Of a stretch of DNA of 64,000 bases, positions 26,255 through 40,622 are shown in pieces. The notes under the pieces were generated by a model. It searched no databases and was not told the DNA's origin. It saw only the letters and a program-made list of their open reading frames with translations. The stretch lies in contig CM069140.1 of assembly GCA_035221665.1 (NCBI GenBank), positions 54,126,001 through 54,190,000 on the forward strand. Reading direction: 5' to 3'. The first letter of the stretch is position 1, and the number at the start of each line of letters is the position of its first letter. A program made the position numbers and the translations under genes. This stretch comes from Okamejei kenojei (lineage: Eukaryota).

Positions 26255-28040
26255 GTAATAGTAGCATAGACTACTTTCTAAATGAGGAGAGGATTCAGAA
26301 ATTTGAGGTGCAAAGGGAGTTGGGGGTGCTGGTGCAGGATACCCACAAGATTAATTTGCAGGTTGAGTCAGCGGGAAAGAAGGCAAATGCAATGCTAGCA
26401 TTCATTTCAACGGGACTGGAATATAAAAGCAGGAATGTAATGCTGAGGCTGTATAAGGTGCTGGTGCGACCATATTTGGAATATTTTGTGACGGTTTTGG
26501 ACCCTATATCTGAGGAAGGATATGCTGCCATTGGAGAGGATCCAGTGGAGGTCTACGAGAATGAAACTTGGGCTGGTTGAGTTAACATATAAGGAGCATT
26601 TGATGGCTTGGCTGGTGGGAGGCTGTAGATGGTCGACAAGGAGTTTAGAGACAAGTGTAAGTTCTGCCTCATATCCTAAAATCTTATCACCAGTCAGAGA
26701 AATGAGTATAGAAGTTGGGACAGTTACAGTTGCACAAGATATTGGTGAGGCTACATTTGGAGTATTGTGTTCAGCCTGGTCGCATTGCCTATAAACTGGA
26801 ACAAGTGCAGAGAAGTTTTACAAGGATGTTGCCAGGAATCTACCTGGAGTAGATTGCATGCAGTTTTGGTCCCCTAATTTGAGGAAGGACATTCTTGCTC
26901 TTGAGGGAGTGCAGCATAGGCTTACAAGGTTGATTCCCGGGATGGCGGGACGGTCATATGCTGAGAGAATGGAGTGGCTGGGCTTGTACACTCTGGAGTT
27001 TAGAAGGATAAGAGGGGATCTTATTGAAACATATAAGATTGTTAAGGGTTTGGACACGCTAGAGGCAGGAAACATGTTCCTGATGTCGGAGGAATCCAGA
27101 ACCAGGGGCCTCAGTTTAAGAATAAGGGGTAAGCCATTTAGAACGGAGACGAGGAAACACTTTTTCCTACAGAGAGTTGTGAGTCTGTGGAATTCTCTGC
27201 CTCAGAGGGTGGTGGAAGCCGGTTATTTGGATGCTTTCAAGAGAGAGCTAGATAGGGCTCTTAAAGATAGCGGAGTCAGGGGATATGGGGAGAAAGCAGG
27301 AACGGGGTACTGATTGGGGATGATCAGCCATGATCACATTGAAAGGCAGTGCTGGCTCAATGGGCCAAATGGCCTACTCCTGGCTATTGTCTATTGTCTA
27401 TTATCTGTTGAATCGAGGGCCTGAGCTACAGGGAAAGATTGGGCAGGCTTGCTGCACAGGAGGTTGAGGGAGGATCTTTTGCAGGTGTATACAATGGTGA
27501 GTCTCTGGAACTCTCTGCCACAGAGGGTAGTTGAGGCCAGTTCATTGGCTACATTTAAGAGTGAGTTGGATGTGGCCCTTGTGGCTAAGGGGATCAGAGG
27601 GTATGGAGAGAAGGCAGGTACGGGATACTGAGTTGGATGATCAGCCATGATCATATTGAATGGCGGTGCAGGCTCGAAGGGCTGAATGGCCTACTCCTGC
27701 ACCTAATTTCTATGTTTCGCAGGTGTATACAATTATGAGGGCAATAGATAGGGTGAACGCCCAGAGCCTTTTTCCCCAAGGTAGGAGAATCGCGAATTAG
27801 AGGGCATAGGTTTAAGATAAAAGGAGAAAGATTTAGTAGCAACCTGAGGGGGAACCTTTGAACTCAGAGGTTGGTGGGTAAATGGAATGAGCTGCCAGAG
27901 GAGGCAGTTGAGACAGGTACAATAATAACATTTAAAAGACATTTGGACATGTACATGGATAGGAAATGTTTAGAGGAATATGGGCCAAACACGGGTAAAT
28001 TACAATGGGCATGGATGAGTTGTGTCAAAGAACCTGTTTC
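26255..28040 (+). mobile_element. Nested CR1 cluster: old copies plus inserts at ~26841-27405 and 27496-27718
   Basis: Several QFWSP/WNSLP/TRG peptides. Host CR1 resumes after each insert. A 15-bp direct repeat flanks 27496-27718. Confidence 0.9.
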
Positions 28041-28530
28041 CATGGTGTATGACTATGACTAAAAGAGAAAGGGAATTTGACTGATGCGGCAATCATGATG
28101 AAATAGCCTCCATACACAGGCTGTTGGATGTATGTCTTAGCAGTGTTAAAGAAGCAGTGGAACAGATGAACTTAAGTACGTATAGATTGACACTGGTAGA
28201 TGAGTAATAGGGTTACGGTACATTGGGCATCTTCTGTGGTCAGTAGCAGTGTTGTAGTAGGTAGAAAATGACATTAGAATATTCACCCACTGACCTCAAC
28301 TGCTGATATGAGCTCACTGAATTTCTTTCAGCATTTACTCCTTGCATTAATCTACATGGCTTTCTGCTCTCACTGTCTGTGCATTGTGTACCTACGTACT
28401 CTATCCTCTGCATTCTCCATTCCCCACCAATTTCATGCTTCTTCCTGCAGGGCCTTCATTAGATCATCTGTAAAGCTTGGAGTTTGCTCTCACCTATATT
28501 ACCCCATTCATTACAATCCCCCAGGTATAG

Positions 28531-28828
28531 TGGGCGGCACAGTGATGTAGCTTGAGGCACAATGGCTTAGGGTTAGAGTTGCTGGCTTACAGCGTCAGAG
28601 ACCCGGGTTCGATCCTGACTACGGGTGCTATCTGTACTGAGTTTGTACATTCTTGCTGTGACCATGTGCGTTTTCTCTGGGAGCTCCGGTTTCCTCCAAA
28701 ATTCCAAAGATGTACAGGTCTGTAAGTTATTTGGCGTGTAGGATAGTATTGGCATATGGGCAATTGCTGGTTGGTGCAGACTTGGTGGGCCGAAGGGCCT
28801 GTTTCCGCACTGTATCTCTCAGTCTAAA
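28531..28828 (+). mobile_element. HE1-type SINE with partly duplicated head
   Basis: ggcacagtg...ggcacaatgg, B-box gggttcgatcc, CR1-like tail. Confidence 0.88.
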
Positions 28829-29594
28829 ATTCTGTTGTTGGATGACTACCTGTATGTGCTGCACATTTTATTAAACATTGTACCGTATCCCTCTTCCAAA
28901 CCTATGACTGGCATTGACTCATCTAATCTCCAGGAACTTATCCAATAGTTATTTGTCACACCAGAAACTAGGTGCGAATGACCTGTGGGGAACATTGTGG
29001 TTAAGCAAATCGTGTTCTTTTTTCTTGATACTGCAGATAAACTTTCAGCAAGAATGACTAGACAGAGATCTGGATTATAAACCTGGCTGATAGTAGATTT
29101 GGAATGATTACTGGTTAAAATCAGCACACAGCATATCCGAGATGTCATGGGTCTCAGTATTAAGCTACAGCCTTGAAGGGATGCTTGTGTTATGGGCCTA
29201 GGAAATCATGGGAGATAAGACTCATAGAGATTTAGAGCAAGCAAAATAACCACAGCTGCAATAAATTTGCCACATTAAGGCTCATGTTATGACATATAAC
29301 CATGCCCAGGGTTATTGCTCCACGAGAGACATAATTAGCTCATATGTCCATTTGTATATCTCAATGCAATTTTAGCAGCTGAAAAATCTATGTACTATAT
29401 GTGTGTTCTCAGTTCTTGGTTTTTTCACCTCATTGTTGACAATTCGGTAGCAAGCAAAGGGTGGTGCAGTAGCCAAATAGATCTTTCACTTGAAATCTTC
29501 AGGATAAGTGGCAAGCTGCTTTTTCTTTTTATTTTAAGGAGAGTTTGCAAGATAATTTCTAGGTTCCTGTTGCAACAGGATCAGCATTTAGTAG

Positions 29595-30020
29595 GCCATC
29601 ACACAAACCAACCTCCCTTCCATTGACCATTTACATCTCACGCTGCTTCGGCAACGTCACCAGCATAATCAAGGACGAGTCGCACCTCGGCCATTCCCTC
29701 TTCTCCCCTTTACCATCAGGCAAAAGATATAGAAGTGTGAAAAGTTACACCTCCAGCCAGATTCAGGGACAGATTCTTCCCAGAATCTGTTATCAGGCAA
29801 CTGAATCACCATACCAACAACTAGAGAGCAGTCCTGTGCTACTATCGACCTCATTGGAGGCCCTCGGACTATCTTTGATCTGACTTTATCTTGCACTATA
29901 CTTTATCTGTACACTGTGGATGGCTCGATTGTGATCATTTATTGCCTATCAGCTGACTCGTTAGCACACAACAAAAGCTTTTCACTGTTGCTCGGTGCAC
30001 GTGACAAACTAAACTCAAAC
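29595..30020 (+). mobile_element. Rex1/Babar 3' fragment
   Basis: ORF with IIKDESHLGHSLFSPLPSGKRYRS. Confidence 0.85.
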
Positions 30021-30332
30021 TCACGGCAATAACGTAGCCATGAGTAGTCAAGACTAGATCCAGTCTTACTTTAATAAATGCTATTATTACACATTCAAGG
30101 TGGTTTTCAAATGTTCCACTTCTCTGAAGATTTGGCAAATTTCCCAGGATAGCATTGCACACCTAATTATAGTTTTGACAGAGGCTTTTCTCTCTCTATA
30201 TATGGAACTGCCAGTGGATTTTACAAAGTTTAGAATTCCCAAAATATGCAGATGTCCCAGATTTGTCAGGCATTCTTTGGTGCTGATTTACTGTCTATGT
30301 TGCCACACAGGACTCTCCATGGGATCCAATTT

Positions 30333-30662
30333 GCATGGAACAGTTGGTGCAGCGCCAGGGTCCCTGGTTTGCTCCTGACATCAGGTGCTGACTGTGGGGA
30401 GTTTGCATACTCTCCCTGTAATTGTGTGTTTTCCATTGGGTGCTCCGGATTCCTGCCACATTCCAAAGATGTGTGAGTTTATAGGTGAAATTGGCTTTGG
30501 TAGAATTACCCTTAGTGTGTAGGATGTGAATGCAAAAGTGGCATAACATGAAATTGGTGCGAAAAGGCGAGCAATGGTCAGTGTGCACTTGGTTTGCCGA
30601 TGAGCCCGTTTCTATGTTGTATCTTTCAGTCAATTAATCAATCGTTCAATCAATCAATCAAT
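30333..30662 (+). mobile_element. HE1-type SINE with (TCAA)n tail
   Basis: V-domain gtggggagtttgcatactctcc...ttcctgccacattccaaag. Confidence 0.8.
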
Positions 30663-33600
30663 TCATTTGTGCATATGGAAAACTTGCATCGAGTTTGGTT
30701 GGGCATGGGAACAATGATTTCACTTGATGAAATTGGAATTTTCGTGAGAATTTGAGTACTCTGCAATTTACATTGTACAGGGATGTTCAGAAACATTTGT
30801 AACGTTTGACAAGTTTCTCAGCTGATTATTCCAGTGTGTGGCTTGGCTGGCAACCAAAGTTTTGTTCAGATGTTTCATAACCACGTTCTGGCCATTCCAT
30901 CTGACATGTAAGGCCATGTCATCATATAGGGTATCTTAACTAAGGTTCAAGCTGGCATATTTTAAGCAGTTAACAGGGGATCCACAAAAGCTAAGTTTTA
31001 ACACTTTTCATAGGTCATGACACTTTTTAACACTTTTCATAGGTCACCACTGACACGATTCTGTCCCATTACAACAAGAGGCTGGCTTCCTTCCTTGGAT
31101 TAGGATTGACTGAAACAGACATGATTTTGCCAAGTTATATTATTTTGTTTCTTCCCTCCAGACGTATTCAGGAATCCTAATTCCTCTCATTCAAAAGTTG
31201 AGCAAATTTGCTCTTTCATCTTCACTGCTACTTTCTTTAAAAAATCTTGAAGATTCAGGAACGTAGAGGGAAAGTGTCATGTTGATTAGTTAATGACAAT
31301 CTAAGGTGACATTTTATAGCGTTCCTGGAATTGTGAATTTTCAGCAATCAGAGTGGCACTTCAATTCGCTACATTTATCTGATCTTCAGAATTATTCAGC
31401 TTGAAAAGTATGTTGATTCCTATTCTGTGGTTTGCCATAGGATAACAATCCTGACCACATTATAGAACAGCTTAACTCGTAATCTGTTACTATAAAGCCA
31501 AATAAGAAATCTCTTTGAAACCACAGCTCTAAGCAGTGCGATCGAAGAACATAAATAAATGTCATAAAGTCAGTGTTGGCAGTTAGTTGTTCTTAACAAG
31601 GGCTTTAATTGGCTTTAATGAAGCTTAAGCAAAGGCTTATGAAACTATTCTAACAGAGGCTGGTAATAATATATTTACAACATATCACATGAATCGAATG
31701 TGATCCAGCATCACATTGGGTTTTCTTTTAAATTTAACTTTTAGCTTCTTCATTTTGCAGGCAATTCAACAATGCCTGTTTTTCTTCATTTGAGTGTTTT
31801 TTACTTTTATAAATACTGCTAATGCCATTTTCACCATCAAGGAAAACATATGATTTACAGGGAAAGGTGGTCAGAAACTGTGAGCTGAAAAGGCTTGATC
31901 TTGTTTTCTATTCTGTCTGACTGAGAATAGAAGACTCCAAGGACCAGTTGGTAGCTGCAATGCCAAGGATTTAAATGTGTTGGAAGCAAAACCACCAAAT
32001 GCCTATTTACGTGCACCAGTCATTAATGAAGAAACCAGACCGTGCCCATCATTAAAGTAGTTGATTCTGCAGTGTTCAATTTGAGCATCTGTTCCAAATG
32101 AACAGTTAATATGCGATATGGTAGAATGGGCGAGACTAGCTTCCAATGATTTCAATAATATTTTTCAGTCCGTCACTATAATCAAAGAATTAAAAAAAAA
32201 ATCAATGCAGTAGTAATCCCTTACCACTAGATGCCCCCAGCAGTAAATGTCGTTTTACCTACAAGGCCTGTGCAAAATAAATTAGTGACAGTTGTGTAAA
32301 ATCACGCTGACCTTTCCTCCATGTTACTCCTTCTGTCCAGTTTCGGCTTGCTGAATATTTTACTTTTGGATCAGAGTGAATGCTGTTAATTCCTACAACA
32401 CTCTGGTGCTACATCATCCAACCGCCACATACTTATTGAGTCGAATGCCACATTGGGCAACTACAACCGTTGGTCCTCATGAAAAATGAAATGTGCTTCA
32501 TGGCATTGGATGATTGATAATGCCCCGTTGCTGCACTGCAGTTCAAAATAACAATATTTATTGTCAAAAAAATAAAATGCTAAAATTGTAACAACTGCCC
32601 TCTGTCCCTTTTTGTCATCACTGAATAATCGATTATTCACCCAGACAACCTGCAACTGTTTGGCATTAAAAAGATCTATTATTTGTGACACTCCTATAAC
32701 ACACTACAGCTACAGAAGGACAGTATTATTTGGTATCAGTGGCTGTGCACTTCTACTTCGCATGCAAGGGATGTGTTTGGAAGTGAGCAGCCTCCGCAAT
32801 ATTTAAGAATAGTTTATTAAGCTGAGCTGCAGCCGTATGTAGAAGAGGGCCTGAGATTGACATGTTTGGGATTAGTTCGGCCCTACATTTTTCAGAGGTC
32901 GTTTCCATGGATCTCGGAGGCTGTGAAATAAATGGGCCTTGCTTTAGCAGCCGGCCAAAAGTATGAAACCAATACATAACATTTAATGCTACTGTCTGCA
33001 TAGGAAAAATACCGATTATTCAGTTATTTGATTAATATAGGAATGAGCTTCTACTTGACTAAAACTATTATAGCCTAATAATCATTTGACCTCTATTTTA
33101 AATAAAAAGCTTTGGAAAAGAAAGGAAGAGTAATTTATGTTGCGAAATACTACAGTGGCACATCCCAGACATCACTCCAGCCATATAACTAAAAAGTGCA
33201 AATGCTAACTCAGTGGTTAAATTGAAAGTCTTTCTACGAAGATTACTTGTTATAAATTGAGTATACTTTCACTTCATCTTGTTTCTGCTGATTAAAAAAC
33301 TTCATTTAAAAAAAATTAGTGATAACCGATGATCTCACTTGGGAGAAAGGGATTCACATAGAGCAGCTGTTTGGATATGACCACCTTTAAAGAAATTAGC
33401 TAACACACTTTGTGAGTTGGTTTAGTTGGCGAAGCATTCTTGGCAACTGATTTTATTAAATCAGCTCTCATATATCATATCCTCCGCTTGCGTGTGGCCC
33501 AAATGAAGCTATCAACATTTATTATTTAAAGCAGAAATCTCTGATTAATTGGCATCTAAAATAAACAATTAAAAATAGCTCTTGTTCTTATTGGTGATGT

Positions 33601-34689
33601 TTTAAAAATGGATTGTTACTGCACTACTCTTTAATTACTATTGTGTGGCGTCATTCTTGTTCCCCACATGTAATGACTAAGAATTTAGTTAGGCCATTAA
33701 TAATAAAAGTAATGATTTATTAAAATGTTGGGAAATATACAACTGTGTGCCCAGAGGACATGTATAAGTTACAGGCTGTCTGACATCAGAATGATTTTAT
33801 GTGAATGATTGGGAGCAGAGTGACAAGGATGCTTCTAACAATTGGTACGATGTTATGAAGATAGACTGACAGAATCTGATGTTCTCAATGAATAAAAAAA
33901 GATATAGCCTGATTCAGGGCTTTAAAATGCTGCAAGGCAGGGATAACGTGGATATAAGCAGGTTATTTAACTTTAAATTTGATTGTGGGACTCGAGCACA
34001 CATACAAAATTGATACGCCTCAAGCAAGACTAGAGATTTAAAAAAAAAGTTTTTTCACCCCATACAGTTGCAGATATGCTGAACTGATTCCTATCAAAAG
34101 CAGAACATGCTACGTTGATTGAATCCTTGAAAAAGACCAGGGTGAAATATCTGACTATGAAAGGGATTGAAGTTTATAGGAATAGGTTGAAGCTCAGATA
34201 ATAATTCTAAGTTGAATAGACAGTCTTCTTTGAACCAATAGAACAGGTCTGGGTTTAAGAATTTTAATTGGATAACCTGCAGTGTTAGGTAAACAGCCTT
34301 TTGCCTCAAGAAAATAATATGCAATTCATTTTCTTTTCATGTAATTATTATTTGCCTCCCACGGTAGATAGAAAGACTGAAAAAGAGAGCTTCATGCTGT
34401 GCCCAAATGTAGTTGATTGGGTTCATTGGGAAGGATAGGCTTAATGGGACATGTTGGTTTTCTTCATTTAATTTTGACATTATACTTTATGCCCATCACC
34501 ATGCCATATTGAATTAAAATAAATAGCAAAATTATCAGTATATATTAATATACTATTGCATACAGATGGGTGAGTCCAAGTAAATGCATATTTGTGTCTG
34601 ATTTAATTTGGTACAAGTTGAGTCAACTTTAAATTTTTAATTATGATTGATTAATGTTCAGTGTTGCAATATTACTTCCCAGAACCTAC

Positions 34690-36010
34690 GTTTGATGCAG
34701 CTAGGTAAAGTTAAAGGTAATGGAAATGGGAGGCAAGTGAAGGGAAGTTACTCAAATTGGTACCATGTGATTGGGCGGATCCTGTGAAAATTTATGTTAG
34801 GGCAATAATCATTCATGACATTTATATATAACTGGATTATTGGGATGGAAAGCTGATTGCATAAATATAAACAGTGCTGTAAGAACTGAGGATGGAAGCA
34901 TGAAATTATATGGAGGATTTTGGCAGATTAAGTAAATTAGTCAAATTGTAGTCTGGAGAAGGGTCTCGACCCAAAACGTCACCCTTTCCTTCTATTCAAC
35001 GATGCTGCCTGTCCCGTTGAGTTACTCCAGAATTTTGTGTCTATCTTTGGTGTAAACCAGCATCTGAAGTTCCTTCCTACACAAATTGTAGTTATGATGG
35101 ATATCAATGGTCATGTGTAAGGTCATCCAGTTTGAAACAAAAAAAGTTAGAACAGAGAACTTGCTAAATGGTGAAAAACTGGAAGCAGTAAAGATTCTGA
35201 GAAATTTAATAGTCCATATCCATAAGGACCAACAGGAAATAATGAGAAGACCTAATGGTTTCCTGTCTTTTAGATATAGAGATGTGGAATACAAGGAGGT
35301 AAGAATTTTGCCACAGTTATATAATGGAAAACGCTAAAGAGGTAATGCTTGAAATATTGTTGACCATTCTGATCACCACACCACAGGAAGGATATACTGG
35401 CTGAAGAGAAAGTGCAGGGTGAATTTACCAAATGATATCTGGAAAGAACTGTTAAATTACAAAGAGAGATTGCACAAAAGTAACATTATATTCTCAGAAA
35501 TTGAGAAGGCAAAGTAGGCGGTTGCAGAAAGTGGTGGACATTGTCTGCTCCGTCGTGTATTGCCACCACACCATCAATAGGATCTGCAGGAAGTGCTGCT
35601 TCAAAGGCAGCTGTTATCATCAAAGCCCCATGCCACCCTGGTCATGCTGTCATCTCACTGCTACCATCATGAAGAAGATATAGGAGCTTCAGAACCCTAG
35701 CCTCTAGATTCACGATAAAGCTTTTTAACAACTAAGAGGCTCTTGAACCACACTACACAATGCCAACTACAAACCTATCTCAGCAATGATCAATAGTGGA
35801 CTTTGTTTAGATTGCATTATGTACTTCAGTTTGTACTATTATAGTCTGGTTAACTATTATTACTGATCTTGATTGTATTATTGATTATTTTAAATTTATT
35901 TGTCGTGTTGTTGCATTAATATTTATGTAAAGCTGCACCAGTTAAGAAACTCATTGTTCCATTCTCAGTGCATATGACAATTAAACACTCTTGACTTGAT
36001 TCTCTTGACT
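34690..36010 (+). mobile_element. Old CR1 containing a Penelope pLTR end (34950-35083), followed by an old Rex1 3' fragment (~35515-36010)
   Basis: CKVIQF...LNGEKL peptide. gtctggagaagggtctcgacccaaaacgtc. RRLQKVVDI motif. Confidence 0.7.
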
Positions 36011-36023
36011 CAATCAACGTTTT

Positions 36024-36228
36024 CATAGAAACATAGAAACATAGAAATTAGGTGCAGGAGTAGGCCATTCAGCCCTTCGAGCCTGCACCGCCATTCAATA
36101 TGATCATGGCTGATCATCCAACTCAGTATCCCGTACCTGCCTTCTCTCCATACCCTCTGATCCCCTTAGCCACAAGGGCCACATCCAACTCACTCTTAAA
36201 TATAGCCAATGAACTGGCCTCAACTACC
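36024..36228 (-). mobile_element. Young CR1 3' tail
   Basis: (catagaaa)3 tail. Nearly identical to 27496-27718 and 61960-62170. Confidence 0.92.
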
Positions 36229-37202
36229 AGTTTGAAACCACATTTGAGATATTTCAAATTTAGCTTGTTATGAATCCCTGCTTTATATTGTTCCACCTTT
36301 GTGGGGAAGTCTTTCAGTTGCATGAACTCTCGAATTCTACCCCTCTTTCCTCGCTCCTAAAATCTGAACCAAGCTTTTGATTATCTTTTCCACTAACTTC
36401 AGTTGAAACCTGGTATCAAATTACAAAGTTATTTTATTTTATAATTCTTCTATGAAGTGCCTTTTTAAATGGGTAGAGCATTGCTGCATAAATTAAAGCT
36501 GTTGCTAAACTCCAAGTTATGTCAAGGAATGTACATTACTTTTCATGGGATTCATTTTACCTTCTGATTCCTAAGGTTTGATTCATAATTTTATTATTGC
36601 AAACAGACACAAAGTTGTAACAATTCTTGGCTTGCTGTGTAAATTCACATAGGCAAGCATTTTTTTTAATAACTTCAAACCTGTGGAAAGAATTTTAAGT
36701 CTTGTTATCAGCTGTTGTCTCCGAATAGGTAGGTGGTCTTTGTGGTTTTTAAATCTTGCTTGTAAATTGGTAAAAGTACATGGGAAGAAAGGAAAATTAG
36801 TTGAAGACAGCAGAACGTGTATCACACTTGATAATTTGAACCTCTTTGTGATATTTTTGATGCATTTTCCTTTCTTTGAGAAATACTGTGAGTTTGATGT
36901 ATTTTCCTTTCTTTGAGAAATACTTTCTTTAAGAAAGTTTTATCATAAGGATGGATACAGAGAACTGTGGGCATTGCCTTCTAACGAAGAGAAGCAGATG
37001 CCTGCACAATACTGTGAGTGAATGAGAAGAGATGAGAAGACATTGCCAGAATTACTTGTACAGGGGTGTTGTGTGTTCCTATCGACATGAATTGTAGTCC
37101 TATTTTGACAATGTTAATATTTTCTAATATCAACATTTTCTTTTCATTTGCAGTATTGTGAATGGTGTAGCTTTAACAAAATGTTATTTTCTTTTTCCAC
37201 AG

Positions 37203-37298
37203 TCTGTTTTGCTATCAGCACCAATTAAAAGGGAAGGGGAATCACCAACAGCATCACCTCTCTCTGCAGATGACACTCATCATTCAGACAGATACCAG
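37203..37298 (+). CDS. RNF220: RNF220 internal coding exon (96 nt, phase 0/0)
   Basis: Acceptor ttttctttttccacAG| and donor CAG|gtggga. Encodes SVLLSAPIKREGESPTASPLSADDTHHSDRYQ, matching the remembered vertebrate RNF220 segment SLLLSASIKREGESPTASPHSSATDDLHHSDRYQ. Confidence 0.92.
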
Positions 37299-39914
37299 GT
37301 GGGAAAAGGGAAAGCATGGCATCCATTGGCAGTTGTAAGAAACCAGGTGAAATGTGATTTGTATGAGTATCTGGATAATGTTCCAACTATTCCAATATCA
37401 GAATGAGGAAACCTTTTCCGAACGGATATAATTCATGTGATTTATCAATAGGACTCCCTTTTCAATCAGAGCACCATTTAAATGGGCAGTCTCATCAGCA
37501 AGGATCATCTGAAGTAGGAATTCTCACCAGTAGGATTCCTTTTTTAAAATAAAGGTTTTACAATGGGTAATGATAAAAAAGAGAGATCTTTTTCATTCTA
37601 GGTAACAACTCAAGTAACCGGTAATTAGGATTATTTAAAAAAAAAAGTAAGTTCAATATAATGCCAATTTGTCCTGAAGAGTTGCATAAACCTGATTCTG
37701 TTAGTTGCAGAGAATGCTATAAGGAAGTTGATTTCATCACTTGGAATATATGATTTAAAAATATATATATCATAATACAGAAAGCATTCCACTTTTGAGC
37801 AGGTCATTAAAGCTGGTCATTAAAAAGAGCTATTAATATTAAACCAGTTTTAATTTGTGCAGGCTCTGGACAATAGAAATGCTTTTATGATTTGAAATCT
37901 GGAAAATAGCTGGCTTGAAAATAAATTATTATTTACACTTTTTTTCCCTACTGTCCGATCCTCAAATCAACGACTTGTGTGAAGCATTGATGCTCAGGCA
38001 TCAGTAGTTCTTCACCTATCCTGGACAACCAACCATTCATTTTGTAACTTGGGTGATGCTTTTTAACACAGCTATTCCATCTTAGGGACTCCGATGGTCA
38101 AAGCTGGTCAGTTCTCAGCTGGAGTTTACACTCTGTCTTTCAAGTCACTGGATAATGATCGAGATCGGGGACACGGGTTGATTTACCTTTCCATAGCTCA
38201 AGAGTTCTGAGACCAATTACAGTGCACCTACTGTTGCTGCGGCTTATGTCAGTTAACTCAGCTCAAACCATGTTATGTTTGGCCATCTACCATTCCCAAT
38301 GGTGCATTTGTCAGGTCTATTATCAGAGGAACAGGAGAACCACAAAAAAAAAAAACAAATATAAATAAGCAAAAATAATGACTGGATGGTGGATAATTTT
38401 GGTGGGGGGTCAAACTGTTTTACTTCGCTCACATTAGCATTTTCATGGAATGTGTAAACATAGTGCAGGAGCATCACATTTTTTATTTGTAGTTTTGGCA
38501 GTCAAGTTAATAAGTGTGAAAATAAAACACCACCCAGTAAGGGGCTGGAACAAAAATGCTAATTTCACTGTTTGATTTAAAAAGTATTATTTTAACAAGT
38601 CTGACATATTGTGCCCTTCTTTTGCAATTGGGCTTTGAGTAGTGACTGTGTTTTCTCCAGTGCTGTACACATATTTTATCTTCCCCATTACATATCAGGA
38701 GTGCATTGCCAAAAAGTAATCTACTCCCTTGTAACGCAAAAACCTGTCCCCATGTTTAAGAGTCTTTAACACACATAATTGCACACAGATGTGGATTTTG
38801 TTTTCCACGAGTGGGGTGCACATACCTGATTTATTTAAACCCAAGGATTTTAAGCAAATTTGGAAATTGACAGTCCTAGAAATATGCACATTGTGAAATG
38901 CTGGAGCTTAACCAACAAAACTTTCAGGGCCATATTCATGTTGCGAAGCTGAAGTAAAGACCACGTAACCTTTCTGCTGGATCACGATTTTGGATTCTTT
39001 TAGAAAGTTTATTTGGAAAGATTGGAATGAGAAGAATGCCAGCTCCAATGACTGTTCTACCCTCCAAGTTGAGCTAATGAGCTGGAGTGGCTGGTTAATT
39101 ATCAGCTGCCTCACATTGGCCTGTCTGACCTTCCGTTGAGTATATCGTGTACTCCTGGGGTTTAGTTTGGGTCTGAATTTTCATTGCTGGGCATATAATT
39201 TGAGATATACCTCAACATCTGAGGGATCTCATTGTTCAGGTATCTTAACCACAAGATGTTACCTTGCTTGGTGACATCAACCTTCTTTTGACCCAAAATG
39301 AAAATAGTTTGTCCAAGGAGCGCTGTCCTGTGATATTTTTACCAAGTAAAAAATATCTAGATGTTATGTGATCTTGCAAAAATGTGTTTTATTTATTTAC
39401 TTGTTACTGAATTTTAATTCTTCCATAATTTTAAATTGTGTAAAATGTTAATCCCTTAAATGTGGAATTCCCTTGCTACTCATTCATTGATGAAGGTAAT
39501 ATAATGTGTAGTGAGAAACATTTACTTATGTAAATGTAAAGCAGAAGAATCAGATAATTACTACTGATGCTGTTATTCTTTCCTGAAACCACACCTTGAT
39601 GAGAAATCACTTTTTTTTTTGTCAGTGAGAAAGCAAAATGAGAACATGACGTTCTTCTTTAGATGCTTAATTAACGTAAAAATAAGAGTCAGAGGGAAGG
39701 ATCGAGGGAAGACGACAATGATTGTACAGGGCTGCATTTTTAAATAAAGTTAAACATAATACTGGAAACAAAATGTCGGGTATAAGAGGAAAAGATGATT
39801 AGCAACACATTTAAATCATGAAGGGAATAAAGAGGTCAATTTTGAGTTATAATTTATACTGAATCAGAACAAAAGCAAAGGATTGAATGCAAGTTAATGT
39901 TGCCAAAATCTACA

Positions 39915-40175
39915 TGTAGAACACAGAACATATAACAGTAAAGCATAGGAACAGTCCACAATGTCTTCGCCAAACATGATGGCAAGTTAAACTAATCGCC
40001 TGTGCCTGCTCGTAATCTATATCCCTCCCTTCCCTGCATATCCATGTACTTATCTAAAGACCTCTGAAATATCACTATTGTATCTGCCTCCACTATCACC
40101 CCTAGCAGTGCATTCCAGGCACCCATCACTCTCTGTGTAAAAAAAAATGCCTTGCACATCTCCTTTAAACTTTCC
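39915..40175 (-). mobile_element. Old CR1 3' end
   Basis: Reverse complement of the family at 11500-11865. Confidence 0.75.
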
Positions 40176-40622
40176 TTTCAATTCCGAAGTAACCACTTAA
40201 CTCTATTAATAAATGAACACTATCATGATTCAGTGGAAAGTTGATTAAGGCAAAATATATAAAAAATGACACCTATTAATCCAAAGTTATGAGAAAGGTT
40301 AACTGATCTCCGCAGATGTGAAATTATCTAGTAAACTAGATGGGCTGAAAGACTGTCTGTGTTCTTCTCTCTCACTGTTCACAGCTTCATTTAAAACTCT
40401 TACCCCATTAAAACTCTGAACAGTTTTATTTTGTGTAATATGGTTCACCCTCAATATTTTGAACAAATGGGAAACATTTTCACTTTGAGGTTGCCATTGG
40501 TTCTCAAAGGTCCTGCTAATGCTATTGTACTTGCGTCAAGTGAATGAACATAACCAAAATCTTTCACTCAGTGGAATTACATGAACAGCTCTCTATTCCG
40601 GAACATCCATTCTACTACTTAA

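Noticed and set aside
37158-37406. 82-aa ORF as a stand-alone gene
   Set aside because: Only 37203-37298 resembles RNF220 and it is bounded by splice sites. The rest is intron read-through.
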